A DNA stretch of 124,000 nt from Hyalangium minutum (lineage in GTDB: Bacteria > Myxococcota > Myxococcia > Myxococcales > Myxococcaceae), in the NCBI RefSeq assembly GCF_000737315.1, contig NZ_JMCB01000005.1:20001-144000 (forward strand), read 5' to 3'. Under the pieces are notes generated by a model. That model was not told the origin of the DNA. It saw nothing but the letters and a program-made list of their open reading frames with translations, and made no database searches. Positions 99,360 through 109,442 of the stretch are shown here, piece after piece. Position numbers and translations under genes: made by a program. Each line of letters starts with the position of its first letter. Positions within the stretch are counted from its first letter, which is position 1.

Positions 99360-100421
99360 TCACACCCCCAAGGACTCGCGCCGATAGGCAGCGGGCGTGG
99401 TGCCGGTCCAGCGACGGAAGGCACGGTAGAAATTGCTGACCTCCGAGAACCCCAGCAGGAAGGCGACCTCGAGCAGCTTGAGGTCCTTGTTGAGGACGTG
99501 CCGCAACGCCAGCTCTCGTCGCGCTTGGTCGAGCACCTCCTGGTAGGTGAGTCCGCGCTCGTGGAGCCGGCGTGACAGCGTGCGTGCGCTCATGCCCATC
99601 TGGCGCGCGAGCGTCGCCGCGTCAGGCACGGTGCCGCGCAGGGCCTTCCGGATGCGCTCGCCTAGCTCGTCTACCAGGTCCAGGGCTCGCGGCAGTCCCT
99701 CGATCCGGGTCTGCGCGAACCGGTCCAGGACCGCGGCAAGGTTGGGATCCGTCCCCTGGATGGGCAGCTCGAGCACGGCCCGATCGAGCTCGAGGCACGT
99801 GTAGGGCTGACTGAACCGCACGCTCGCGCCGAACACCCGTGTGTGCTCGAGGTCGTCCGACGGGCGAGGATAGGGGAGGGCGACGCCGCGCGGCGAGAAG
99901 GCCACCCCCGTCAACTGCTGGCCGATTCTCAAGAGCTTCGCCAGGATGAAATCGACCGCGTGGGGCGGGACCTCGAGCGGGGGCCGGTGGGAGATGCGAG
100001 CCATGTCGCCCTCGACCTCGAGGTGATAGCGGGCCCCGTCGTGCAGCAGGCGCTGCCAGCGGGTCAGCTTCTGGTAACACGTGGCGAGGTCGGGACTGTT
100101 GCGCATGCAGTACTCGACCAGATCGAAGGCCCCGAGCGGAACTGCTTGCGCCAGGCGGAGCCCCAGCGCGGCATCATTGAGCCGGCGCGGCACCTGCTCC
100201 CACAAGTCGACGAGGAGGGCGTGAGGCACCCGCGAATCGAGCGCCTCGAGGAGCGAGGGGTTGACGCCATGGTGCTCCAGCAGATCGTCAACGCGCACGC
100301 CCCGCGCCGCCGCCGCCTGGGTGAGCATCCTCACGAAGACCACGGATGCCGTGAAGCGAGCTCGGCGGGGCTCGCGTGGAGAGAGGGCGCTTCGAGACGA
100401 GTCCGAGGAAGACGCGGCCAT
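99360..100421 (-). CDS. AraC-family regulator
   Basis: Arabinose_bd_2-like N-terminus, GMSARTLSRRL, LGFSEVSNFYRAFRRWTG. Confidence 0.92.
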   Translation of the reverse strand: MAASSSDSSRSALSPREPRRARFTASVVFVRMLTQAAAARGVRVDDLLEHHGVNPSLLEALDSRVPHALLVDLWEQVPRRLNDAALGLRLAQAVPLGAFDLVEYCMRNSPDLATCYQKLTRWQRLLHDGARYHLEVEGDMARISHRPPLEVPPHAVDFILAKLLRIGQQLTGVAFSPRGVALPYPRPSDDLEHTRVFGASVRFSQPYTCLELDRAVLELPIQGTDPNLAAVLDRFAQTRIEGLPRALDLVDELGERIRKALRGTVPDAATLARQMGMSARTLSRRLHERGLTYQEVLDQARRELALRHVLNKDLKLLEVAFLLGFSEVSNFYRAFRRWTGTTPAAYRRESLGV

Positions 100422-100576
100422 GGAGAACGAGCTCAGAGCAGGCTCAGCGAGGTGGCGAAGCATGCCAGTCTTTTGGCGGCTTGGGCCAATGTGAGCGCGG
100501 CCTCGCCCTGGCAGATTGCCTCGCGCAACGCGGAGACATCACCACACCTGAGCAGCTCTCTCCAGGAGGACACACC

Positions 100577-101731
100577 ATGCGTCTTGGAATGCATTCGAAT
100601 CGGAGGCCCGGCAGGTTCACCCATGCGCTGGCGGGACTGTGCCTGCTGTTGGCTGCGGCTTGCGGCGCCGCGCTGCCTGGGGAGGAGGCGGTGGACTTGA
100701 GCACCTACGCCGCCCCCCTGGGCAGCTGCTCACCCGACGTGACGCCTCCCTCCGTGAGGTGCCAGCCCGAGGGAGGCATCCGGGAGTGCATCGCCTATGG
100801 CTACATCGTCCAAGATTTCGACCTCGTCACCGCGAGCGACAACTGCGGGATTACCTTCTCGAGCCACAGTCTTGGCAACCTCGGCGGAGTCGGCTCCACG
100901 AGCACCTCCGTCAGTTACTGGGACGCGGCGGGCAACGCCGCCGGCTGCTCGTCGCAGTGGTCCATCGTCGACAGCAGTCCGCCCACTGTGACCCTGAACG
101001 GCCAGGTGCAGATCGTCCTGGCCTATGGTGCTTCGTACGTGGAGGCGGGCGCCTACAGCAGTGACATCTGTGATGGGTCCTTGGACTGGCGCATGAATCG
101101 CTCGGGCGGGTTCAGCACCTCCGTACCGGGCATCTATCCCATCACCTACAGCGTGGCGGACTCGGTCGGACACGTCACCCAGCGCACCCGCCTGGTGACC
101201 GTGCTTCCCCAAACAGACTGTACGGCCCAGCTCGCCGCGCCGGTGCTCATGCTCCAGGGCCGTCATGAGGAGACGCTGGAGTGCGGCCGCAACACTTGGA
101301 GTGAGCCCGGGGCCCTGGCCGCGGATGCGTGCGGCGCGGTGACGGTGCACACCTACAACTCGGGCCAGGATCCGTACGGCCCTGGTCCCAACTCAAAGGC
101401 TGAGGGGCGCTACACAGTGCAGTACCTCGCGTGGAACGGGCAGGGGACGACGTCTGCCGAGCGCAAGGTCATGGTGCAGGACACCCTCCCGCCGATACTC
101501 CGTCTCAAGGGCCCCATGCGCATGACGCACACGTGCGGCAGCGCATGGGTGGACCCGGGTGTCCTGGCCACGGACTCCTGCTATGGGGATGTCTCCTCCT
101601 CCGTGCAGACCACCGGTTCGGTGAACGGATGGGCGGAGGGCACGTACACGGTGACCTACCAGGCGAGAGACCCCGGCGGCCACCTCTCCAACATCCAGAA
101701 TCGCGTGGTGGAGGTCGTCGACTGCCCTTAG
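100577..101731 (+). CDS. Lipoprotein with DUF5011/Ig-like repeats
   Basis: AAAC lipobox; PPTVTL.G...Y.E.G repeats. Confidence 0.82.
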   Translation: MRLGMHSNRRPGRFTHALAGLCLLLAAACGAALPGEEAVDLSTYAAPLGSCSPDVTPPSVRCQPEGGIRECIAYGYIVQDFDLVTASDNCGITFSSHSLGNLGGVGSTSTSVSYWDAAGNAAGCSSQWSIVDSSPPTVTLNGQVQIVLAYGASYVEAGAYSSDICDGSLDWRMNRSGGFSTSVPGIYPITYSVADSVGHVTQRTRLVTVLPQTDCTAQLAAPVLMLQGRHEETLECGRNTWSEPGALAADACGAVTVHTYNSGQDPYGPGPNSKAEGRYTVQYLAWNGQGTTSAERKVMVQDTLPPILRLKGPMRMTHTCGSAWVDPGVLATDSCYGDVSSSVQTTGSVNGWAEGTYTVTYQARDPGGHLSNIQNRVVEVVDCP

Positions 101732-102642
101732 AAGGCCCGATTCACCGCGTAGCCGCAGATCTTGTGTTCGGCTGTGTAGGTATTCGGGCCGGGATTCCCA
101801 TCGATGGGGCCCGTGTAGCCGAAGCTCCGGCCGACGGTCTGGACGCGAGTCCAGTAGATGTATCCGGGGATCCCATCTTCCTGCGCGGAGGTGCGAGGCC
101901 CCCCGCGGTTGTTCAGCTCGCGTGCGGTGATCCTCACGCGAACCTTCTCCGTGTTGGGCCCGGTGATTCCATCAATGGGCCCGGTGTAGCCAAAGTCGCG
102001 TTGGCCGACGGTCTGAATGCGCTTGTAATAGATGGGGCCAGGGATGCCGTCTTGCTCGGTCGTCGTTTGGGGCAGACTGCTTCCCCCTCCTCCCGGAGGG
102101 GCTCCGCCGCCGGCAATCCGGCCGCCCGCGTAGTCCATGGACCAGCCGAGGTACCGCGCCCCCGTCCTGCTCGAGTAGCCGGAGACGCTGTTGACGCCGA
102201 TGGCGTCTCCCCAGGACTCGGCAAGGTTCCGGGTGGCCATGAAGACAGTCGTGCCACCGCCATTGAGGTCGGCACCGACGTGACCGTAAGCACCGATGTC
102301 CCACCAGTGGAACGCCCCGGTGAGAGCGGTCGCGGGGTTCGTCGAGACGATCGTCGACGCGTGATAGGCCAGGATGGCGCTGTCACGGGCCGAGGAGGCG
102401 GGGAGCTGACCAAAGCGCCACATCAGCGAGCCGCACCACTGGTCCCACGAAGCGCCGTCTCGCTTGGGGTTGGCGGCAGCGTAGGCCCGTGCTCTGTCGT
102501 AGATGGGCGAGTTCAACTCGGCCGTGACGGTGCTCAGCTCGGCCGCGTCGGCAGCCACGTCCTCAGGGGGTTCGCCGCACGAGGCAAGCACGACGCTTGC
102601 TGACAAGAGTGCGGTGGTCCAAATCATTCGTTTCGAGTGCAT
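101728..102642 (-). CDS. Lipoprotein, putative Cys/His amidase with two peptidoglycan-binding-like repeats
   Basis: LASC lipobox; WCGS...GHVG; DGIPG..Y..R.QT.G..FGYTGPIDG..GPNT x2. Confidence 0.7.
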   Translation of the reverse strand: MHSKRMIWTTALLSASVVLASCGEPPEDVAADAAELSTVTAELNSPIYDRARAYAAANPKRDGASWDQWCGSLMWRFGQLPASSARDSAILAYHASTIVSTNPATALTGAFHWWDIGAYGHVGADLNGGGTTVFMATRNLAESWGDAIGVNSVSGYSSRTGARYLGWSMDYAGGRIAGGGAPPGGGGSSLPQTTTEQDGIPGPIYYKRIQTVGQRDFGYTGPIDGITGPNTEKVRVRITARELNNRGGPRTSAQEDGIPGYIYWTRVQTVGRSFGYTGPIDGNPGPNTYTAEHKICGYAVNRAF

Positions 102643-102885
102643 CAGCGATCTCCAGGTGTGCCGGGCAAGGGGTGGACGTGTGCTCTTCAAGGCGCCGAAC
102701 CTCGGGGCCACCGTGGGTTGTCGGCGGGAGGAGGCCATAAGTTTCCAGTCGCGGGCGAGGGCCCGGCGGCGCAGGAGGCGCGAACGGCCAGATCCCAGCG
102801 TACAGGGGCGCACTCATGTCGATTGTCGAATCGAGTTTCCGGGCTCGTGGCCGGCGCTTAATCCTCGTGCCGGAGGAATCCAAGC

Positions 102886-103989
102886 ATGGGCACGACAGAG
102901 GCAGCACTGCAGGCAGGGCTTGAAGGGGTCGTCGTCGCGGAGACGCGGCTGAGCGAGGTGGATGGCGAGCGCGGACGGCTGGTGATCGCCGGGAGTGATG
103001 TGGAGGTGCTCGCGGGCGCCGTCTCCTTCGAGGAGGTGTGCGCGAGGCTCTGGGCGCCGTACGCCCAGGGACCGCTTCCCTCCTCGCTCCAGGCAGCCCT
103101 CGGGGAGGCGCGCGTGCGGGCCTTCGGGCTGCTGGAGGGGCTGGGCAATGCCCTCTCGGCCGAGGACGGGATGGACGCGCTCCGGGCCGCCATGGCCCAT
103201 GTCCCCCTCCCGCCGGGCAACGAGCAGGAGACGTTCCTCCTTCTGACAGGAGCCGCCGCGGTGTTCACGGGCGCGTGGGCCCGGCGCAGGCGCGGGCTGG
103301 CGTCCGTGCGTCCGGATCCCAAGCTGTCCCATGCCGCGGACCTGCTGCGCATGGTCACCGGAGAGCATCAACCCGAGCGCGCCGCCGGGCTCGATGCGTA
103401 CCTGGTCACCGTCTCCGACCATGGCTTGAATGCCTCCACCTTCACCGCGCGCGTGATCACCTCGACGGGCTCGGATGCGGTGTCCGCCACGGTGGGCGCC
103501 ATCGGCGCGCTCAAGGGCCCGCTCCATGGTGGGGCGCCGGGGCCCGTGCTGGACATGCTCGACGCCATCGCCCGGCCGGAGAACGCGGCGTCGTGGCTGG
103601 AAGGGGAGCTGAAGGCCGGCCGCCGCATCATGGGCATGGGCCACCGCATCTACCGCGTGAGAGATCCTCGCGCTGCCGTACTGGAGCGCGCCATCGAGCG
103701 GCTGGAGCGCGGCGGGCTGCGGACCGACCGGCTCGCGCTGGCTCGGGCGGTGGAGCGTGCAGCCGAGGAGCTGCTCCGTCAGCGCTACCCGGATCGCCCG
103801 CTGCGCGCCAACGTGGAGTTCTACACGGCCGTGCTGCTCGACGCGGTGGGACTCGATCGGACGCTGTTCTCCACGGCCTTCGCCTGTGGCCGCGTCGCGG
103901 GCTGGCTCGGGCACGTCGCCGAGCAGCGGGCCACCGGTAGGCTCATCCGGCCCGCCTCCCGCTACGTGGGCACCATGCCGAAGGAGTAG
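102886..103989 (+). CDS. Citrate synthase / 2-methylcitrate synthase
   Basis: DHGLNASTF, GPLHGGA, MGMGHRIY, NVEFY. Confidence 0.92.
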   Translation: MGTTEAALQAGLEGVVVAETRLSEVDGERGRLVIAGSDVEVLAGAVSFEEVCARLWAPYAQGPLPSSLQAALGEARVRAFGLLEGLGNALSAEDGMDALRAAMAHVPLPPGNEQETFLLLTGAAAVFTGAWARRRRGLASVRPDPKLSHAADLLRMVTGEHQPERAAGLDAYLVTVSDHGLNASTFTARVITSTGSDAVSATVGAIGALKGPLHGGAPGPVLDMLDAIARPENAASWLEGELKAGRRIMGMGHRIYRVRDPRAAVLERAIERLERGGLRTDRLALARAVERAAEELLRQRYPDRPLRANVEFYTAVLLDAVGLDRTLFSTAFACGRVAGWLGHVAEQRATGRLIRPASRYVGTMPKE

Positions 103990-104054
103990 GGCAGGGGCGG
104001 CAATGGCCCGCCGCCTCCGGCGTAGAGTCCTCCGCTAGCGTGTGAGGAGGAACG

Positions 104055-104729
104055 ATGGACCGTGTTCGCTCGAAGCCACCGTCGAAGCGGTGGGTGAAGT
104101 ACCTGGCCGACCTGGCCTTCTTGGCCATCATCCTGGTGGGCCGTGGCAGCTTCGCGGACCACTACCATGTGCCCTCGGGCTCCATGGAGCCCACGCTCCA
104201 GGTGGGCGATCGCCTCGCGGTGGACAAGAGCGCCTATGGGCTGCGCATTCCTCTCACCCACGTCTGGCTGACCGAGAAGTCCCCTCAGCGTGGGGATGTG
104301 GTCGTCTTCGACTCTCCGGCGGATGGCAACGTGCTGGTCAAACGCCTGGTGGGGCTCCCGGGCGACCGCATCGCCTTCGATGGTGTGAACCTCCTCCTCA
104401 ACGGCCAACGTGTGCCTCAGGGCTTCACGCAGGAGGACGCGCGCATCGAATATCTGCCGGGCGCGCCCCACCCGCTCCACCCCGAGCCCTACCAGGGGCC
104501 TCCCATGAGAGAGGTGGAGGTGCCCCCGCGGCACTACCTGATGCTCGGCGATCATCGGGGCAACTCGGCGGACAGCCGCATCTTCGGACTCGTTCCCCGA
104601 GAGAACCTGCTCGGCCGGGCAGCGGCTGTCTACTACAGCCCGCGCGAGGGGCTCTCTGGCAGCGAGCGCTGGTGGATTCCCCTGCGCGCGGCGGAGGGCT
104701 CGGAGAGCGACCCGCGTCTCACGCGGTAG
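104055..104729 (+). CDS. lepB: Signal peptidase I
   Basis: PSGSMEPTL, VKRLVGLPGD, GDHRGNSADSR. Confidence 0.93.
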   Translation: MDRVRSKPPSKRWVKYLADLAFLAIILVGRGSFADHYHVPSGSMEPTLQVGDRLAVDKSAYGLRIPLTHVWLTEKSPQRGDVVVFDSPADGNVLVKRLVGLPGDRIAFDGVNLLLNGQRVPQGFTQEDARIEYLPGAPHPLHPEPYQGPPMREVEVPPRHYLMLGDHRGNSADSRIFGLVPRENLLGRAAAVYYSPREGLSGSERWWIPLRAAEGSESDPRLTR

Positions 104730-104813
104730 GAGCGCAGGGGGATGCTGTATCAGCCAGCCACCCGACTGGTGTATGCAGCCGCATCCCCCCGTCGTATGCC
104801 TGAGGAGTCTCCG

Positions 104814-105839
104814 ATGCGTCGTCTCGGTCCCTGCCTTCTTGTCGCGAGCCTGCTGGCCGGTTGCGGTCCTGCCCAATCCGAACCGTCTTTCACCCCGTCA
104901 CTCGATCGCGAGGCCGCGTCGCTCACCACCACGGACGTGGATGTGGCCCCAGAGTGCCAGGGCATCCTCACCTTCGTGAACACGGCATCCTTCGAGACAC
105001 TGGACGCGTACCTTCCCAGCGACGCTGCCAGCAACCTCGTCGCCCGCCGCTCGACGGCGCCCTTCGCGACGCTGGCGGAGGTCTCCGCCGTCAACCTGAT
105101 GGGCCCGGTTCGCCTGACCCAGATCGAGTCGGGTGCCCGTGCTCTCGGCTACATCGACAGCACCTGTGCCGGCATCCTGGACGAGCTCGCTCTCTCTTCC
105201 GATGACGCCGCGGCGGTGGTGTCCCTGGTGAACACCGTGAGCGCCAGTACCCTGTACGCTGTCCTGCCTCACGCGTGGAATGGCGCCACGAACCTCATCA
105301 ACCTGCGTCCGTTCACCTCGGCCCAGGCCATCTCCAACGTCAGCGGCATCGGCGCGGTGAGCCTGCGGAACCTCCGCAACGCCGCCACGATGGGGTACTC
105401 CCTGGAGGTGCTCGTCTCTGCGGTGAACGCCCTGCCCGAGGACGAGTGGACCGTGAAGCTGGATCAGTCCTTCGAGGTGGCAAATGTCATCGCGGGGGAG
105501 CATGGGAATGGGCGCAACAACGGGGGGACCTGCTTCGGCATCGACCCCAGCACCTTCCCGAGCACTTGGACGAACCGCCCGACGCTGGCCACGGCCACCG
105601 AAGTTCGCGACTACGTCGCGAGCGCCGCCTCTTTCGCCAACTACGTCCACAACTACCCGATCTCGAGTGAGGTCGTCACGGAGGGCCTGGCGAATCTCGA
105701 AACGCGCATCGCTGGCCGCACGTTCAAAGGCTGCCATCTCAGCTACAGCAAGGGCCCGTGGGGCGGCATCCAGGTTCACTTCTTCGTCGACACGGAGACG
105801 GGCTTCCGGATCCTGACGGAGCAGCACTGGGTCGAGTGA
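104814..105839 (+). CDS. Lipoprotein with two helix-hairpin-helix modules
   Basis: LAGC lipobox; FVN.AS...LD, F.TL.E...V..MGP and F.S...I..V.GIG. Confidence 0.72.
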   Translation: MRRLGPCLLVASLLAGCGPAQSEPSFTPSLDREAASLTTTDVDVAPECQGILTFVNTASFETLDAYLPSDAASNLVARRSTAPFATLAEVSAVNLMGPVRLTQIESGARALGYIDSTCAGILDELALSSDDAAAVVSLVNTVSASTLYAVLPHAWNGATNLINLRPFTSAQAISNVSGIGAVSLRNLRNAATMGYSLEVLVSAVNALPEDEWTVKLDQSFEVANVIAGEHGNGRNNGGTCFGIDPSTFPSTWTNRPTLATATEVRDYVASAASFANYVHNYPISSEVVTEGLANLETRIAGRTFKGCHLSYSKGPWGGIQVHFFVDTETGFRILTEQHWVE

Positions 105840-105849
105840 GGGGCTTGCT

Positions 105850-107286
105850 TCATTCCCACTCGTAGTCCAAGTCGAGGACCTTGCCCGCAGCGTCCAGACT
105901 GAACGTCCATTTCACCGAGATGTCCTGGCCATACACCACGCGGAGGATGCGCTTGCGCGGCTCGCTGTCCCTGCGGTCCTCGAGCAGGACCACTCGGCGG
106001 ACGGGCGGATAGAGGGCGCTGCCCGGCGTTCCGAAGCCGCGCAGCACCGGCACGAGCTCCTCCTGTGCGCGGGGCGCGAAGGCGGCCGCATCGAGCGTGC
106101 CGTTCATCACGCCCTCCACGACCCCGCGCAGCGTGGCGGTCAGGGCCGGCTCCGTGTCCGCGAGGCCCGGCGCGTCCAGCCCTGGAAGCGGCGGCAGGTG
106201 GAGGCTCGCGATGTTGCGTGCCAGCACCGGGAGGAGTCCCTGCTTGTTCGTCAGGATGATCACCGTGAGCTTCTGGTCCGGGATGCGAAGCACGTCTCCG
106301 AGCGAGCCACCCCCGCTGTGCCCGAAGGTCAGCAGCCCGCGCAGCTGGCTCACGGCAAACGCCACGCCGAAGCCGCCCGCGTGCCCGTCCTTCAGCTTGA
106401 GGGCGGTGGCGCTGGCCTGCTGCATCGCGGGGGTGAGCAGGGTGCCCTGGTCCATGGCCACGGCCCACTGGGCGAGGTCCTTCGCGCAGGAGAAGACCCC
106501 GCCCGCGGCGTAGGTGTGGACAGGGTAGAGGAACCAGGCTCGTTGGGGCACGCCGTCCACGAAGCGATAGAGGCTGGCGCGGCGCGGGATGACATCGGCG
106601 AGGCGTACCGGGCCCTCCTGCCTCGCGTGCTCGTAGCGCGTGCAGGAGAAACCGAGGGGCTGGAAGATGCGGCTGCGCAGCAGCTCCTCGAAGCGCTCCC
106701 CGGTGACCTTTTCCATGAGGTGGGTGAGCACGACGAAGTCCGTGAGCGCGTATTCGCTGCGCTCGCCGGGGGCGTAGGCCAGGGAGGTCTTCTTGGCGGC
106801 CTCGTACCGCTCGGCGGCGGTGGCGGCACTGCTGTCTTCATCGGGGAGATCCTTCAACCCCGACGCGTGTGCGGTGAGGTGCCGGACGGTCATCCCCTTC
106901 CAGGTCTCGGGCGCGTCCGGCAGGTATTTCGAGAGGGGCTCATCGAGGTCGAGCTTGCCCTCCTGCACGAGGCGCATCACCAGTGTGCCGGTGAAGACCT
107001 TGGTGGCAGAGGCGATCTGAAACGAGGTCTCGGGTCCCACCTTCGTCTCGGACTCCAGGTCCGCGAGACCGTACGAGCCGAGCCGCTCGACCTTTCCATC
107101 ACGAACGATGGCCAGGGCAATGCCGGGGACCTGGTTCTTCTCCATGACGGCCTGGAGGTAGGCGTCCACGGCATCGGTGGCCGAGCCGCCGAGTGTCTCC
107201 GGGGAGGACAGCGGTGGGTGCGTCGCACAGCTCGCCGTGAGGAGGAGGAACGCCAAGGCCAGCAGGTCTTTCGTCACATCCCTCAT
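105850..107286 (-). CDS. Serine hydrolase (beta-lactamase class C-like) lipoprotein
   Basis: SATK (SxxK), Y, HSG motifs; TASC lipobox. Confidence 0.9.
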   Translation of the reverse strand: MRDVTKDLLALAFLLLTASCATHPPLSSPETLGGSATDAVDAYLQAVMEKNQVPGIALAIVRDGKVERLGSYGLADLESETKVGPETSFQIASATKVFTGTLVMRLVQEGKLDLDEPLSKYLPDAPETWKGMTVRHLTAHASGLKDLPDEDSSAATAAERYEAAKKTSLAYAPGERSEYALTDFVVLTHLMEKVTGERFEELLRSRIFQPLGFSCTRYEHARQEGPVRLADVIPRRASLYRFVDGVPQRAWFLYPVHTYAAGGVFSCAKDLAQWAVAMDQGTLLTPAMQQASATALKLKDGHAGGFGVAFAVSQLRGLLTFGHSGGGSLGDVLRIPDQKLTVIILTNKQGLLPVLARNIASLHLPPLPGLDAPGLADTEPALTATLRGVVEGVMNGTLDAAAFAPRAQEELVPVLRGFGTPGSALYPPVRRVVLLEDRRDSEPRKRILRVVYGQDISVKWTFSLDAAGKVLDLDYEWE

Positions 107287-107374
107287 TGAACTGCTTCTAT
107301 CCCCGAGCTGTCCCGAGCAATTTTCACTCAGGTTGCTCCCGAGGGAGCCGGGTGCTTAGGTCCGGGCCGCCGCC

Positions 107375-108034
107375 ATGACTCCGCCCGGCCCCTTGCTCGC
107401 TTCCATTTATGGACTGTACCTGCTCGCGGTCATCACGCCCGGGCCGAACACGTTCATCGTCACGCGCTTGGCGCTGTCCACCACGCGTCGGCACGCGGCC
107501 TGGGCCGTGTTGGGCATTGCCTTGGGGAATGCCGCGTGGCTGTGCGTCATCTTGGGCGGCGTCGCCGTCCTCTTGCAGCAGCACCCGGAAGGCATGCGCG
107601 CCATGCGCTACGTGGGCGGGCTGTACCTGCTCTACCTGGGCGTGCGAGGGCTGTGTGCCGCACGGACGGCCTCACGGGCTTCCGAGGCGGCTCCCGCTGC
107701 GGCTCCGGGGACGGCGCTCGTGGAGAGGGCCATGTCGGGGGAGGAAGACCGGCCGTTTCGCAGTGGGCTGTTCGCCAGCCTGTCCAATCCGAACACGATG
107801 CCGTTCTACCTGAGCATTCTCGCACCCACGGTGGCCCCGGACATCCCCCTGTGGGTGCGCGTGGCGGCAGCCGTGGGCATCGTGATGATCGCCATGGCGT
107901 GGTACGGGACTCTGGCCTGGGGCCTGTCCACTGGCCACGTCCGGCAGGCGTACTCCCGGCGGGAGCCGGTCATCCGCCGGGTGCTTGCGCTGGTGCTGAT
108001 GGCCTACGGGCTCCGGCTGCTGATCTCGGGGTAG
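107375..108034 (+). CDS. LysE/RhtB exporter
   Basis: ITPGPN, SNP. Confidence 0.9.
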   Translation: MTPPGPLLASIYGLYLLAVITPGPNTFIVTRLALSTTRRHAAWAVLGIALGNAAWLCVILGGVAVLLQQHPEGMRAMRYVGGLYLLYLGVRGLCAARTASRASEAAPAAAPGTALVERAMSGEEDRPFRSGLFASLSNPNTMPFYLSILAPTVAPDIPLWVRVAAAVGIVMIAMAWYGTLAWGLSTGHVRQAYSRREPVIRRVLALVLMAYGLRLLISG

Positions 108035-108167
108035 AGGCGCGGTAGGGAACCACCGATTCCCGGTGATTCAGGCTCGTCGTGCGGAACTCCCAGCTTGATC
108101 AGCGTCTCGAGCGTCCTCGCCATGTCCTCCGCCGCGCCCGCCAACCGGGAGTGTATCCCGAGAGAGC

Positions 108168-109415
108168 TCAGCGGCAGTCCGCCAGCACCGTGCGCGCCCG
108201 CTCCTCCAGCGCTGGTACCTGCTCCTCCCCCGAGGCGAGCAGCGCCTTCACGGCCTTGCAGCCCTGTGCCTGGGCGTTCGCGGCTTTGACGGCGTCCCAG
108301 TAGAGCTCCAGCGCCCCGGCGGTGCGGCGAGAGGCCAGGTTGGTCTCGGCCAGCGCTAGCGCCTTCTGAGGAGCCGCGCCGAGTCCCAGATAGAAACGCG
108401 CGGCATGATCCGCGAAGGCCAGCGGATGGCGGGCAGTCCAGTGCTCGAAGCCGGCCGTCGCTCGGGCCAGGAACTGCTGAGCCTCGGACTCCTTGCCGGT
108501 CTGGCGCAGCAAGCCCGCGAGCTGCGCGGCGGACTCGGGATCATCTGAGCGCTCCACGACGGGCCGCAACAGGGCAATGGCCTTGTCGGTGCGGCCCGCG
108601 GCGGTTTCCACCTCGGCGAGGTGGGTGGCCGCGGCGGCGTAGACCGGGAGGCGCGCATGGGCCGCCGCCCAGGACTGGCCAGCGCGCTCCAGGTTGCCCG
108701 CGCTCTCCCAGAGCAGACCCTCCTGGAACTCCAGCCACGCCACGGGGAAGGGGGACACGTCCCGGTACGTGGCACGCGCCTGCGCGTAGAGCTTGGCGGC
108801 CTCCTCGAAGTGGCCCTCTTCGGTCATGGCGCCAGCGAGCCCCGCCAGCGTCTCCAGGCTCGGCCGGGCTTCGGCGGCGGCCCGGTGGAACTTCTGCGCT
108901 TCACTCGCGTGCCCGGTGGCCTGGAGAATGGCCGCCCGAGGCTCATCGATGGCGAGGCCCTTCACGCCCCGGTGCTCGGCCTCCGCCAGATCCGCCAGCG
109001 CCTCGTCGAAATGGTGCAGCCGGCCCCGCACGTTGGCGCGCTTGAGGTAGCTCTGGGCATCCTCGGGCGCCGCCTGGACCAGCCGGTCCGCCAGTTCCAG
109101 GGACTGATCATAGTCCGCGAGCACCCCAAGGAACTGGGCTCGCACCATTCGCAGCTCCATCATCGCCCTCAGCCGGTCGGGGGCCGTGGGCTGCTCGGCC
109201 AGCCTCCTCTCGGCCTGGGCCAGCTGCGTCTCGAAGTTGTGGAGAGCGAGGGCGCCATCCGTCGTGCGCGGCTCTGGAGGCAGGGCTGCGGTGTCCCCGC
109301 CCGCTCCGCCCACCGCGGCAGGCGGTGAAGCGGAGGGACGGGGCGTGGAGGCATTGCGGTCGCATCCCGATGCCACCATTCCAGTACCGATCAATAGGAG
109401 GACTCGCCAGTGCAT
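108168..109415 (-). CDS. TPR lipoprotein associated with DUF4331 genes
   Basis: ASGC lipobox, TPR helices. Confidence 0.82.
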   Translation of the reverse strand: MHWRVLLLIGTGMVASGCDRNASTPRPSASPPAAVGGAGGDTAALPPEPRTTDGALALHNFETQLAQAERRLAEQPTAPDRLRAMMELRMVRAQFLGVLADYDQSLELADRLVQAAPEDAQSYLKRANVRGRLHHFDEALADLAEAEHRGVKGLAIDEPRAAILQATGHASEAQKFHRAAAEARPSLETLAGLAGAMTEEGHFEEAAKLYAQARATYRDVSPFPVAWLEFQEGLLWESAGNLERAGQSWAAAHARLPVYAAAATHLAEVETAAGRTDKAIALLRPVVERSDDPESAAQLAGLLRQTGKESEAQQFLARATAGFEHWTARHPLAFADHAARFYLGLGAAPQKALALAETNLASRRTAGALELYWDAVKAANAQAQGCKAVKALLASGEEQVPALEERARTVLADCR

Positions 109416-109442
109416 GGTGGTCATTGGGAAGGCCCTTTCGTC

